Below, piece after piece: positions 32,575 through 44,500 of a stretch of 53,789 nucleotides of DNA. The notes beneath the pieces were generated by a model. The model made no database searches. It had not been told where the DNA came from and saw nothing but the letters and a program-made list of their open reading frames with translations. Position 1 is the stretch's first letter; each line of letters begins with the position of its first letter. Origin of the DNA: Limnobacter sp. (GTDB taxonomy: Bacteria > Pseudomonadota > Gammaproteobacteria > Burkholderiales > Burkholderiaceae_B). The stretch covers positions 1-53,789 of the forward strand of contig DASUDK010000103.1 of assembly GCA_036275655.1 (NCBI GenBank), given 5' to 3'. Made by a program: the position numbers and the translations under genes.

Positions 32575-35500
32575 ATGTCCAATTTGTTCGATAAGTACGG
32601 TATCAACCGCCCCCAAGGTCAACAGCAGACTGGCCAAAAACCCAACAATCTTTTTGATCGCTTTGGCGTAGAAAGACCCAAGCGGCCAGATGAAGAGCCC
32701 GAAGAAGAGCAGGGCATTGTTGGATCGGCCATTGATTCGGTCATTGACGCGGGCAAAACCCTCTATCAGGGTGCAAAATCCACGGGGCGCGCCATTGGTG
32801 CGGCGGGTAACACAGTTTCCGGCGACCTTCAGGACGTCGAAGAGTACGCGGCCCGCCAAAACGAGGCCAGCAAAGAAAAGCCCGAAGCCTTGCAGCGCTT
32901 CAATGAGGCCATTGAGCGGGGCTCCAAATCGGTGGACCCCAGCGCGGGCACGCTCTCTCAGATTGGCCAGTCTGCCAAGGAGATTGGCAAGGCAGTCATT
33001 GACAACCCGGAAGGGGCTTTCCAGTTTGGCCTTGAGCAGGTGCCCAACATGGCGGCGGCATTGGGTCCGGGCATTGCCGGGGCAAAGGCTGGTGCGGCCT
33101 TTGGTGCCTTGGGTGGCCCATTGGCCCCCATCACAGCCCCAGTAGGTGGTGTGTTGGGCTTTGCAACTGGCATGTTTTTGGGCAATGCCGCCCTGGAAAC
33201 GGGCTTCAAGGCCATTGAAAAGGCCGAAGGCGGTTTTACGCAGGCCGAGGCCGATGAGGCAATTTCCGAGGGCGCAGTAAAGGGTGGCGTTGTCACGGCG
33301 GTGGATGTGGCGACGCTTGGCATTGGTGGTGCGGCGGCCAAGTTGCTCAATCGCGCAGTGGCCAATGCCGGAGCAAAGGCTGAGGCCCGTGTGTTGGCCG
33401 ATGCGGGCGTGGACATTACCAATCGCCAAGCCGTAACGCAAGCACTGGCCGACCCGGCATTGCGCCAAGCCGCGCAAGAGGCCGGGATGCAAGCGGCCAA
33501 GGCGACCTCCACCATTGGGCGACGCACCTTGCAAGCAGGCACCGTGGGTGCAATGGAAACAGTGGGCGAGGGTGTTGGTGAATACCTGGGCGAGCTGGCA
33601 GCCACCGGCAATGCCAGTGTTTATGATGCGGTGGTCGAATCCCTGGCGGGCTTGAGTCAATCTGCCGTGGAAACCGGATACAACGTGTCCAAGGCGCAGG
33701 GGAACGACCTGGACACCCGTGGCATTGTGCGCGCCGGTCAAGAAATGCAAGGCGATACCACCGCCGGACAGCCCGCAGGTGCACCAACCGCCACCAATAC
33801 CGCCTTGCAGGGCAACGTGCCACCAGAAGCAGTCACACCAAGCGCGGACCCAAGCGCGCAGGCAGCGCCGGAAAGCCCGGTGCAAGCAGCCCCGATGCCA
33901 GCACAAAGCACCACACCGGCAAACCTGCCGGAAGTTGAGGGCCGACTGGCGCAGCTTGAGATTGAAGCGCAGCAGCGTGAGCTCACACCACAGGAACGCG
34001 CCGAGGCGGAGCAATTGATGGCCGCGCTTGAGCAAATGGAGCAGGGCGAGGTGACCGCCGTACAGCCAATCATGCTGGACAACACCCCGACCCCAGTTGA
34101 AGCGGGGCAGGAGAGACAGGAGTCGGCCCTGACACCACCCGCCTCCGCGCCAGCGGGCACCGCCAATGCGATGCCACAAGCCGACATTACGGGCAAGAAG
34201 CCGGGCAGCTGGGTGATTGTGGACAAGTCCACCGGCCAAGCCGTGGTCGAAATGTTTGATGCAAGCAACGTGGCCAAGGTCAACACCGACCGATTTGACA
34301 TTGTTCCTGCCGGTCAATACCTGGCTTCACTGAACCAACAGCAAGGCAAGGCGGGTGCACCCACGGCAAGCATTGTCCCAACCCCGCAGGCCAGCACCGT
34401 GCCCACCGAAGGCATGGCGCCAAGGATTGATCCCGCACAAGGCAGCACAGAACAAGCCTCGTCGCTGCCAGCCGGGCAAGATCAAAACCTTCAAAACCGG
34501 GACCGCAGCCGCGCCGCATCGGTGATGCAAATGGCGCAAATTGCCAAAGACCCGGATTTTATGCGCTTGGGTCCAAGCAACACCCCGGACAGCGGTGCGC
34601 CCATGGTGTTTGCCGTGGGTGATGATTTTGTGAATATCTCAGGCAATGCCTTTGGCGCACAAGACGTGGCCGTGATGAGCGACGGCCAGCGCGTGCCGTT
34701 TCGCTATGCCGTGGTGGACGCAAGCAAGGTACAGCCTTCTAACTTTGTCACCGGGGACGTGAATCCGGAATTCACTTCCAAGGCCAACGGGACCATCAAG
34801 GCACTGAACAACGGGCGAACCGCCGCCGTGCGTGCCGCCTATGAAATGGGCACCGCTGGCCGATATCAGGCCGAGTTTTTGCAGCGTGCGGCCATGGCGG
34901 GCATTGACCCCCAGGTGGTTCAACAAACCCCCAACCCCATGCTGGTGCGTGTGTATTCTGAAAAGGACAACACCGTGGGCATGGCTGCCAAATCGCAGGG
35001 TCAGGCCCTCGGCATGTCGCCCTCGGAGTTGGCGCGTCAAGATGCTCAATTGATCGACAGCAGCGTGTTGTCGGTGTACATGCCGGGCGACGTGGCAGCC
35101 CCCGACAATCGGGATTTTGTGCGCGCCATGGTGGGCCGGATGAATCAGGCCGGCGTGGATGTGGCCGGGATGATGACCGACACTGGCACGCTATCTAGCA
35201 ATGGCCGACTGCGCATCCAAGCCGCACTCATGCACGCGGCCTTCGATGACTCTGACCTCGTTCAGGAAATGTTTGACAGCCTGGACACTGACATAAAGGC
35301 CATTGGTGAGGCATTGAAAACCGTGGCCGGAGAATGGGCCAACCTGCGCGATTCGGTGCGTTTGGGCGTGATTCCAGCCGAAATGGATTTGACCGGCAAT
35401 CTGCTGCAGGCCATTGACATGATTCGCCGCGCACGGCGCGACCGTGCCAACCTGTATGAAATGTCCAGGCAGGTGGACATTGAAACCGGGCAGATTCCCG

Positions 35501-38500
35501 ACCCGTTGACCACGGGTTTGCTCAATGTGTTCTACACCGGCACCTACCTGACTCGGGCAGCCGGAAAAGACAAGATGATTGCGCAGTTGCGCGATTACAT
35601 CAATGCAGCCATGTCCGTGAGCAACGGGGCTGATATGTTTGGCGACCAAATCCGCGCCACGGACATTTTGAATGTACTCACCACCGATGGAGGGCTAGAC
35701 AATGTACAAGCCGCAGCAAGCGCAGGACAACCCAGTGGCGGCAGCGATCCTGGGAATGGCCCTGCTCAAACAGGGGACCAAGGACTTCGACCAATCCAAG
35801 CAGGCGCGAGCCAGGGAGTTGTTGGAATTGGCCAAGGAGAGTCCCAAACTCAAAAGCAGCCCAGTGGACAAGGCAATCAAACGGGCAATCTCGGCAATGC
35901 TGAAGCGTTCGACCTGACGGCACCGACCCCGGAGCAGTTGCAAGCGCAAAGAGAGCAGCAGCAGGAGCGTGAAAGACAGGCGCGTGAGGCCGAACAGCGC
36001 GCCCAGGCCGATGACCAGTTGGGTGATTTTAAACTGGTGGGATCGGACCGAGACGTAGACCGCGCAGAGGCGGCGGGCCAGCGCAATATGTTTGACCAGC
36101 CCACAGAGTCAGAGCAGGCACCAGCCACCGCCGAGCAGGCGATTCGAGATGCATTCCGCGCACTCCCAAGCGTTACCCTGGGTGCGTTTTACCCAATCAC
36201 AGTTGAATTTAATGGCCGCACCCAACAATTCTTGGCTTCACAAAGAGCACTGAAGGGCAACAAAGCGGAGCCAGCCATTACTTTGCTGCAAATCAAAAAA
36301 GGCAAGATGCTTGCCGACATGCCCAGTGAGTACATTGCAACCATGTACAAACTGGATGCAAACAACAATCTGGCAGAGCAGGGTAGCCCCAAAGTAGCCT
36401 CGTCGGGGCAAATTAAACAATGGCGCGATGCGGGTTTTGAATTGCCCGCACTGGATTCATCAAAGCCGGAAAAAGCGGCAACAAAACCAAAAAAACAGCC
36501 AGCCGTGTCGGCCAACAAAGTATTCACCGAGGACGCCGCAGAAAAAGCCCGCGCGCTGCTGAAGAAAAAGCTGGGACAGCTCAACGCAGGCCTGGACCCC
36601 GAAATTTTGCAGGCAGGCATTCAACTGGCGGGCTACCACATTGAGCGTGGGGCGCGCACCTTTGCCGCGTACTCCAAGGCCATGATCGACGACCTTGGTG
36701 ATGCAGTAAAGCCTTACCTGAAATCGTGGTACATGGGCGTCAAATACGATCCACGGGCAGCGGAATTTGAGGGCCTGAGCAGCGCTGCCGATGTGGAGCA
36801 GGCCGACATAAACAACCTGGGAGCAGACGATGTACAACCTACCAAGCAAGGCACTGCAGGCAATCAGCCACAAACCGATGGCAAGCCCAGTGATGAAAAA
36901 ACTGTTTCGGATGACGCCGACACAACGACTCAAGGCGCTGGATCAACAGGCCAAAATGCTCGAGGCGCAAGAAATCGACCCCTTGGTGGTGGTGGCGTAT
37001 CAAACGCTGGCCCCGATGTGGGTGGAGCGCGAGGCGTTGGAGGACTATTTGACGACGAAGGAGGGTTCAAAGCTAACCCCGTTCCTTCAGGTTCCGGCGA
37101 CGCTCGAGGAGGCACTTATGACAGCACAAGCCGAGTGGAGCCTCGATCAAAAGCAGACGGAGCAGCTTCGCAAGTTACTGGCCAAGCTGTAAGCCTGCAA
37201 GAAAAGATTGCCGCCCAGGCTGCAGCCGAGGGTATCCCCGTTCAATACGCCAACAAGGCCAACATTGACGCCACCCTGCCCTTGCTGAACCCAGGGCAGC
37301 GCGAGGATGTGCTTGTTGCCGAAAAGCGATTCGCCAAGCCCAATGGCTACGGCATGCTGTTTACCAATGGCACGGGAACCGGCAAGACACTGCTATCCCT
37401 GGGTGTGATTAAGCGCTTGCTCAAGCAGGGCAAAGAAAATGTGCTGGTGGTGGTGCCCAACGAGGCCGTAATTGGCGCGTGGCTTGGTGATGCCAAGAAA
37501 ATTGGCGTGCAGATCACGGCGCTGCCCGACACCAAATCCGCGGGCACCGGGGTGGTCATTACCACCTACGCCAATTTCGGCCAAAACGACGAGCTGGCCA
37601 AGCGCGATTGGGACATGGTAGTGATCGATGAAGCGCACTTCTTGATGCAAAACGCGGCGGCTGAAAAGACCGAGGCGCTTGCGGCATTGCAAGCGGTGTC
37701 GCTGCACCCAAGTGGCTACATTCGACGCGCAAGCATGCAAAACCGTGAGCTGTTGGCCAGCATGAAGGAAAAGAGCGACCGGATTGAAACGCTTAGAAAA
37801 ATTGCCAACACCGACGACACGGTAGACCAGCTTCGCAACTCCTACCTGTCAGAAGCCAAGCAATTGGAGCAGGAATGGATTGCCTTAAACGACAAGTGGG
37901 TGGCGGCGCGCAACAAGGTCGAGCAAGATGTGATCGACCGCCAGGGTGAAAAGCGCACCCGCGTGCTGTTTACATCGGCCACGCCATTTGCCTACGAAAA
38001 AAATGTGGAGTGGGCCGAAGGCTATTTGTTTGAGGTGGAAAAGGGCCAGACCGGCGGCTACAACGTGGCCACCGGCATGGACAAATTCATGGTGGAGCAT
38101 TTTGGCTATCGGATGCGGTACAACAAATTGACCGAACCCGACGCCAAAGTGGACCGCGATTTGATGCAGCGCAATTTCAACACCTGGCTGCGAAAGCAGG
38201 GCGTGTTGTCGGCACGCATGCTGGATGTGGATTTTGACTACGAGCGCAAGTTCATTCTGGTCAACAACGGCATTGGCCAGAAGATTGACGAGGGCATGCG
38301 CTGGTTAAACGAAACCGACAATGGCCGGTATAGCTTTTTGGCCTCCATGATTGAGGACAAGTTTGACCGGCTTAATCGCTTGCGCCTGCTAGAGGCCATC
38401 AAGGCCAACGAGGCCATTCCATTCATCAAAGCGCACCACGCGCTTGGACGCAAGGTGGTGGTGTTCTATGACTTCAACGTGGGTGGCGGCCTGAACATTT

Positions 38501-41500
38501 TTGATCTGTCTGAGCTTAAAAAGAGCTTTGAACAGGCGGAGGGCAACAAAGAATTGCCCGACGAGTCCAAGTTCATTGAAGTGCCCGTGCGCGGTCAAGA
38601 AAAAGGCGTGTCGGGCAACAGTCGGCGCATGGAGCGCATCCCACGCTCGCAATTGGTGGCCGAGTTTATTGAGCGGCGCAAAGATTTGCAGGGATTGAAT
38701 TTTGCAATGCTTCGCTCACCGCTTAGAACGCTGCTGGCTGCGTTTCCAAACGCAGGGGTCTACAACGGCATGCCCGAGTACAAGCGCACGCGCATGCAGG
38801 CCATCCGTGACTTCAACGACGACACCAAGCCAGAAAGCAATCTGCTGCTGGTGCAAAAAAATGCCAACGCAGGATGGTCCGGCCACGACACCACTGGTCG
38901 CTACCCCCGTGTGATGATTAACCTGGGCCTGCCCACCGCCCCCATCGAAGCGATTCAGCAGGAGGGGCGCGTCTACCGCACAGGGTTGGCGAGCAACGTC
39001 AGTCAACAGTATTTCAACACCGGAACCAACTGGGAGCGCCGGGCGTTTGGATCAACCATTTCGCGCCGTGCTGGCACTGCGGAAAACCTGGCCATGGGCG
39101 AGCAGGCCCGAGGCTTGCGCGAAGCGTTCATTGAGGCGTTTGAGGACAGCGATCCGAGCTACAACCCCAGCCCAAGCGACGGCACTGGCGGCAAAGAGCG
39201 CGATCGAGAGCTCGTCAATACCCTCAGTGAATTTGATCGTGCCAAGGCCCTTTATTACGCACAGCAAAAGCGCACCAGCAAAACCAAATCCCGCGAGGGT
39301 GCGGACTACTTTGCCACCCCTGAGCCCATTGGCCTGAAGATGGTGGAGTTTGCTGACATTCGGTTTGGTGAGGATGTGCTCGAGCCGTCTGCCGGGCATG
39401 GCGCGATTGCGCGGTTTTTCCCTGAGCAAACCAATCGGACCCTGATTGAGCCGTCCGAAGAGCTGGCCTCTCGCTTGTCCTTGTCCAGCGACGGCAAAAT
39501 CATTGATGACGTGTTTGAGAACCACAACATTGTCAACAAGTACGATGCGATTGTGATGAACCCGCCTTTTGGGGTGGGTGGCAAGACCGCCATGGAGCAT
39601 TTGGATCGGGCGTCCAAGCATTTGCGCGACGGCGGGCGCATTGTGGCATTGATTCCCGAGGGGCCAATGGCCGACAAGCGGTTTGAGCAGTGGATGTATG
39701 AGGCGCAATCCAAGCCCGTCAAGCCTGTGGCCACCCTTCCGGGATTTGGTCCTGTGTACATTGGCGACACCGTTCAGACCCGCGCAACCTGGGCGCCCAG
39801 CGGCAAAGTCACCGGCGTCAATGGTGACAGTTTGATGGTGCAAACACGCCCTGGCTCGTCGTCTGCCGTGTCGTTTGAGGCCATTACAAGCGTTGCCCCC
39901 ACGGGTGCCCGCACGAAGGATGTGCGCGCAAACGAGGATTTGAGACTGGTTGCCAACATCAGCCTGCCCAATGGGGTGTTTGAACGCGCAGGAACCAACG
40001 TCAAAACCCGCATTGTGGTCATTGAAAAGGTGTCGGACCCCGCCAAGCGTGCATCCATCGGCCAATCCATGATTGACTTGAGCAACAGGGAGTCGGTTGA
40101 GGAAGTGTTCGACGCCATGGAAAATTTGTCGGTGGCCAAACGACTGAAAGACGATAGCGAAGCCACCCCCACCAACACCCCCAAGGCAAAGTCCTCGGTG
40201 CGCGATCTGGATGCAGCCGCGCAACAGGCCGAAAAGGCTGCCAAAGAGGCTGGGGTGGTGGCAGGCGAAGGCGACGAAGTGTTTTTCCGTGTGCAGGGCG
40301 ACAAACTCATCACCAATGCACCCACGGTAAAGGTGACAACCAGCAAGGGCAAGGAGCTCGAAGGGGTACTCGTGCCCGACCGCGCCACGGCCATCAAGGT
40401 CGATCAATTCACCTACGCCCCAATGGGCAAAGAAAAGGGCTTTTTGGTGCGCCTGCGGCATGTGCAGCGACCAGCACCAGCGGCGGGCAGTGCCACAGAG
40501 GTGGCCGAGAAGAGCCCGCAATACCTGGCACAAGAGCCTCAGCGCCAAGCCAATGCCGTGCAACTGGATTTGTTTGCCGACACCCCGCCCGACGAAAGCC
40601 AGCAGGGCCCAGACGTTGTGGCATTGCGCAAGGCTGCAGCCGACGAGGTGCGCGAGTTGCAGCAAGTAGACACACCCATTGCCGTTGTTTTGGCCTCGGA
40701 GCTGGCCCAGCGCCAGCGCACCACCCTTGTGGGAAAGACCATCACCAGCGCATTGGACCTGGCCACCTTGGCCCAGGTGTACCGAAACCCGCGCTTCGAA
40801 ACCGCTCGCGCATTTTTCTTAAACAAAGACGGCGTGGTGGTCGGGCAGGTGGGTGTGACAAGCCGACTGCCTGCGTCCTCGAGCACCATCATCGGGCGCG
40901 ATGTGACTGGCTACATGAATGAAGTGGTCAATCGAGCCAAAGACCTGGGCGCAAGCGGTGTGTATTTGCTGCACAACCATCCCAGCGGCATTGTCGATGC
41001 TTCCAGGGCCGACATTGAAATGACGCGCGCATTCACAAAGCTGTACGGCGAAAGAGGGATCATGCTGCAAGGGCATGTCGTTATCGACACCAACACTTAC
41101 AGCGAGATTGACCCAAATGGCAATGCCGAAATCAAGTTCGCCAACTTTGGCGAAAAAGACTTCCCGTCTGCCCTGAAAGACCAAATTGCCCCGGTGATTG
41201 ACAGCCCACAAGCGTTGTCGGCCTACGCCAAGGCCATGGAAAGGCCCGGAGATATTCAGATTGTCGCAGTCAATGCGCAATTGAAAGTGATGGGCCTATA
41301 CACCCTTCCCAATCAATGGGCACAAAACACCAAGGCCAATGGCCTGCCCGACAAAAAAGCACTGCTGCGCATGGCAGTGGCCAGCAATGCGTCGCGCATG
41401 TTTGCCGTGGTTCGTGATGAGTCTGTGGCAAAAACACTGGCGCGAACCAATTATTTTTTGGACGTGGTTCATGTTAAGCCTGACGGTACGGTCAACAGCT

Positions 41501-44500
41501 TGAGTGGCAAATTGGTTGCCATGTCGGGCAGCGACCTTATGCCGGATGCGGGCAAACGTGAGGGCCGAGTCACACCTGACACATCCTTGGCGTTTGAAAA
41601 GCTGTACACCATGGCCAAAAACACCAAGGCGGCATTCTTGCGCGCCGACAAATCCACGGCAACAAAGCCATCCTTGCCCGTGGCCAAAGAAGGCATGGCC
41701 GAAGCCGAGGTTATGGCGGTGGCCCAGCGCGTCATGAAAAAGTGGGCCAACAAGCCCGAGGTCGTTGTGGTCGATTCCATGCAGGATGATCGAGTGCCAG
41801 GCCCCGTCCGTGATGCCGACGCGCAGCAGCGCGCAGGCGGCGCATCGGGCAGCCCAGTGGCATTTATTCATCGTGGCGTTGTGTACTTGATTCGCCCCAA
41901 CATGACCAGCGAAGCGGCAATCAGCCGCGCCCTGTACCACGAGGTGTTGGGGCACTACGGGCTTCGCGGTGTGTACGGTGATGCGCTCAATGACGTGCTC
42001 GATCGCATTATCCTGGCCAGGCCCGATTTGCTCCGCGCCAAGGCCAAAGAGTACGGCATTGCCATGACCAACACGGCACAGCGGCGTGAGGTGGCCGAAG
42101 AGGTGTTGGCCGAAATGTCTGAAAACAATCCAGAGCTGGGGTTTGTTCGCAATGCTGTGGCCGCCATTCGGACCTGGCTGCGAAACAATGTGCCGGGCTT
42201 TGAATCACTGGCGTTGTCCAACGAGGAAATCATTCGGCTGTACATTGCGCCAGCGCGCAACTGGGTTAAACGCGGCGAATCGTCGGTGCTTGCCTACTCG
42301 CCCACGGCATTTTCGCGCGAGGCCATGCAGGCCAGTGGCGTGGTGGACACACCCGTGTTCAAGCGCTGGTTTGGTGACTCCAAGGTGGTGGATTCTGAGG
42401 GTAGGCCGTTGGTGGTTTATCACGGGACACGCGGCGACTTTAATGAGTTCAAGCCGTCAAAGTACGATGGGGGAATCTATTTTTCCAGCGACACAGGTGA
42501 GGCTGGAGAGTTTGCAGTGATGGCGCGAAACAATGGAACGCCAGAAAACACAAACATCGTCCCGGTTTATCTGTCCATGCAAAACCCATCGGTCATAGAC
42601 GTTGGCGGGCAAATCTTTGATGAGGACATGGAGAGGATTTTCAGACAATCAATTCGGGCCGCCAAAGCCAATGGTAATGACGGGCTGATTGTTCGCAATG
42701 TTGATAACCTGGGGGGCGTTGTAAGCGATACCTACATCGCCTTCGACCCCACCCAAATCAAATCCGCCACCGGTAACATGGGCACCTTTGACCCTGAAAA
42801 CCCTGACATTCGCTTTTCTCGCAAAACCCTGTCCGGCGGCGTGCCCCCGACCATTGGGCCAAAACAACAAACCAAGTGGAGCCAGGCCAAGGACAAGGTA
42901 GATCAACTGCTTTCTCCGGCCAACGCGGCGACCATGATTTATCAGGTGCAGGATCGTTTTGTTGACCTGAAAAATGTGCGCAAGCGCATTGAATCCCTGG
43001 GCAAAGCAATCTCGGACATGGCAGACGCCTACCTGGGTGAAGAGCTGTACCACCAGCGATTGGCCGGTCGAGTCAAAAAGTTCTTGAATGATGAGGTCAA
43101 GCCGCTTCAGGCGGCCATTCGCAATGCTGGATTGACCGTGCAGGAGGTCGAGCAATACTTGCACGCCCGACACGCGCCCGAGGCCAACAAGGTATTGGCA
43201 GAGCGCAACCCCAACCAGCAAACCATTGACCAGAAGCGCAAAGAATCCAAGGATGAGCTGGATCGTTTAAACACGGCACTTCAAAAAGCCAAGCAAAACG
43301 ACGCAGCCACAAAGGCCCTGCAGGAGGCCATTGCACTGGCCCAAACGGAGGTGCGCAAGTGGCAAAGCGCAACCGCGTTCAGTGGCACGGAGGCAGAACG
43401 CACCAGTTTGTCTGGCATGAGCGATGAGCAGGCCAGCAACATCATGAAGTCATTGCCTGCGGCCAAGCGCCAGCGTTTGGATGGCATTGCGGCCAAAGTG
43501 GACGCCATGAATGAAAAGACCCTCAAGGCGCTTGAGAGCTACGGGTTAATGAGCGCATCGGAGCTTCAAGCGTGGCGAAACACGTACAAATACTACGTGC
43601 CGTTGCACCGCGACGAGGCTCACCCCGAGGGCACGGCGCACCCCATTGGGCAAGGTTTCTCCGTGCGTGGATCGGCATCCAAGTCCCGCACGGGTTCCAA
43701 CGCGGAAGTGACCAACATCCTCACCCACGTCATCATGCAACGCGAGTCTGCCCTTGCGCGCGGAGAAAAAAACCTGGTGGCCAAGCGGCTCTATTTGATG
43801 GCCATGCAAAACCCAGACCGTGAGTTTTGGGAGCTGGATAAAGTGCCCATGGTGAGCACGCTGGACAAAAATGGCTTGGTGTCCACCTACCCAGACCCGT
43901 CATTTAAGACCAAGCCCAATGTCATTGTGGTGCGCATCGGCGGCAAGGATCGGGCCATTGTGTTCAATGAGCGCAACCGGGAGGCCGTGCGTTTGGCAGG
44001 CGCGCTTAAAAACCTCGATGTGAGTGACCTGGATTATTTGGAAAGAACCGTGGGGCAGGCCACACGCTGGTTTGCATCCATCAACACCCAGTACAACCCT
44101 GTTTTTGGTGCAATCAACTTCACTCGCGACGTTCAGGGCGCCATGCTCAACCTCACCACCACCCCGATTGCAGGCAAACAGGCCCAGGTGATGGCGCTGG
44201 TGGGTCCAGCGTTGAGGACGATTTACCGGGATGTGCGCGGCAAATCCACCAAAAACAATGAAATGGCCAAATACTGGCAGGAAATCCAAGAGGTGGGAGG
44301 CCTGACTGGGTTCCGCGATATGTTTGTCACAACAAACGACCGCATCAAAGATTTGGAATCCATGATGAATGAGGCCGACAAGGGCGCGGCCCGCAAAGCG
44401 TTTGATGCGTCACTGAAGTGGCTCTCGGACTACAACGAAACCGCCGAAAATGCGGTGCGATTGGCAGCGTACAAGGTGGCCAGAGACAGCGGCATGAGCA

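Noticed and set aside
32503-40665. Long antisense ORFs (32503-34317, 39052-40665) and similar ones elsewhere
   Set aside because: These are shadow frames of GC-rich coding genes with no protein motifs.
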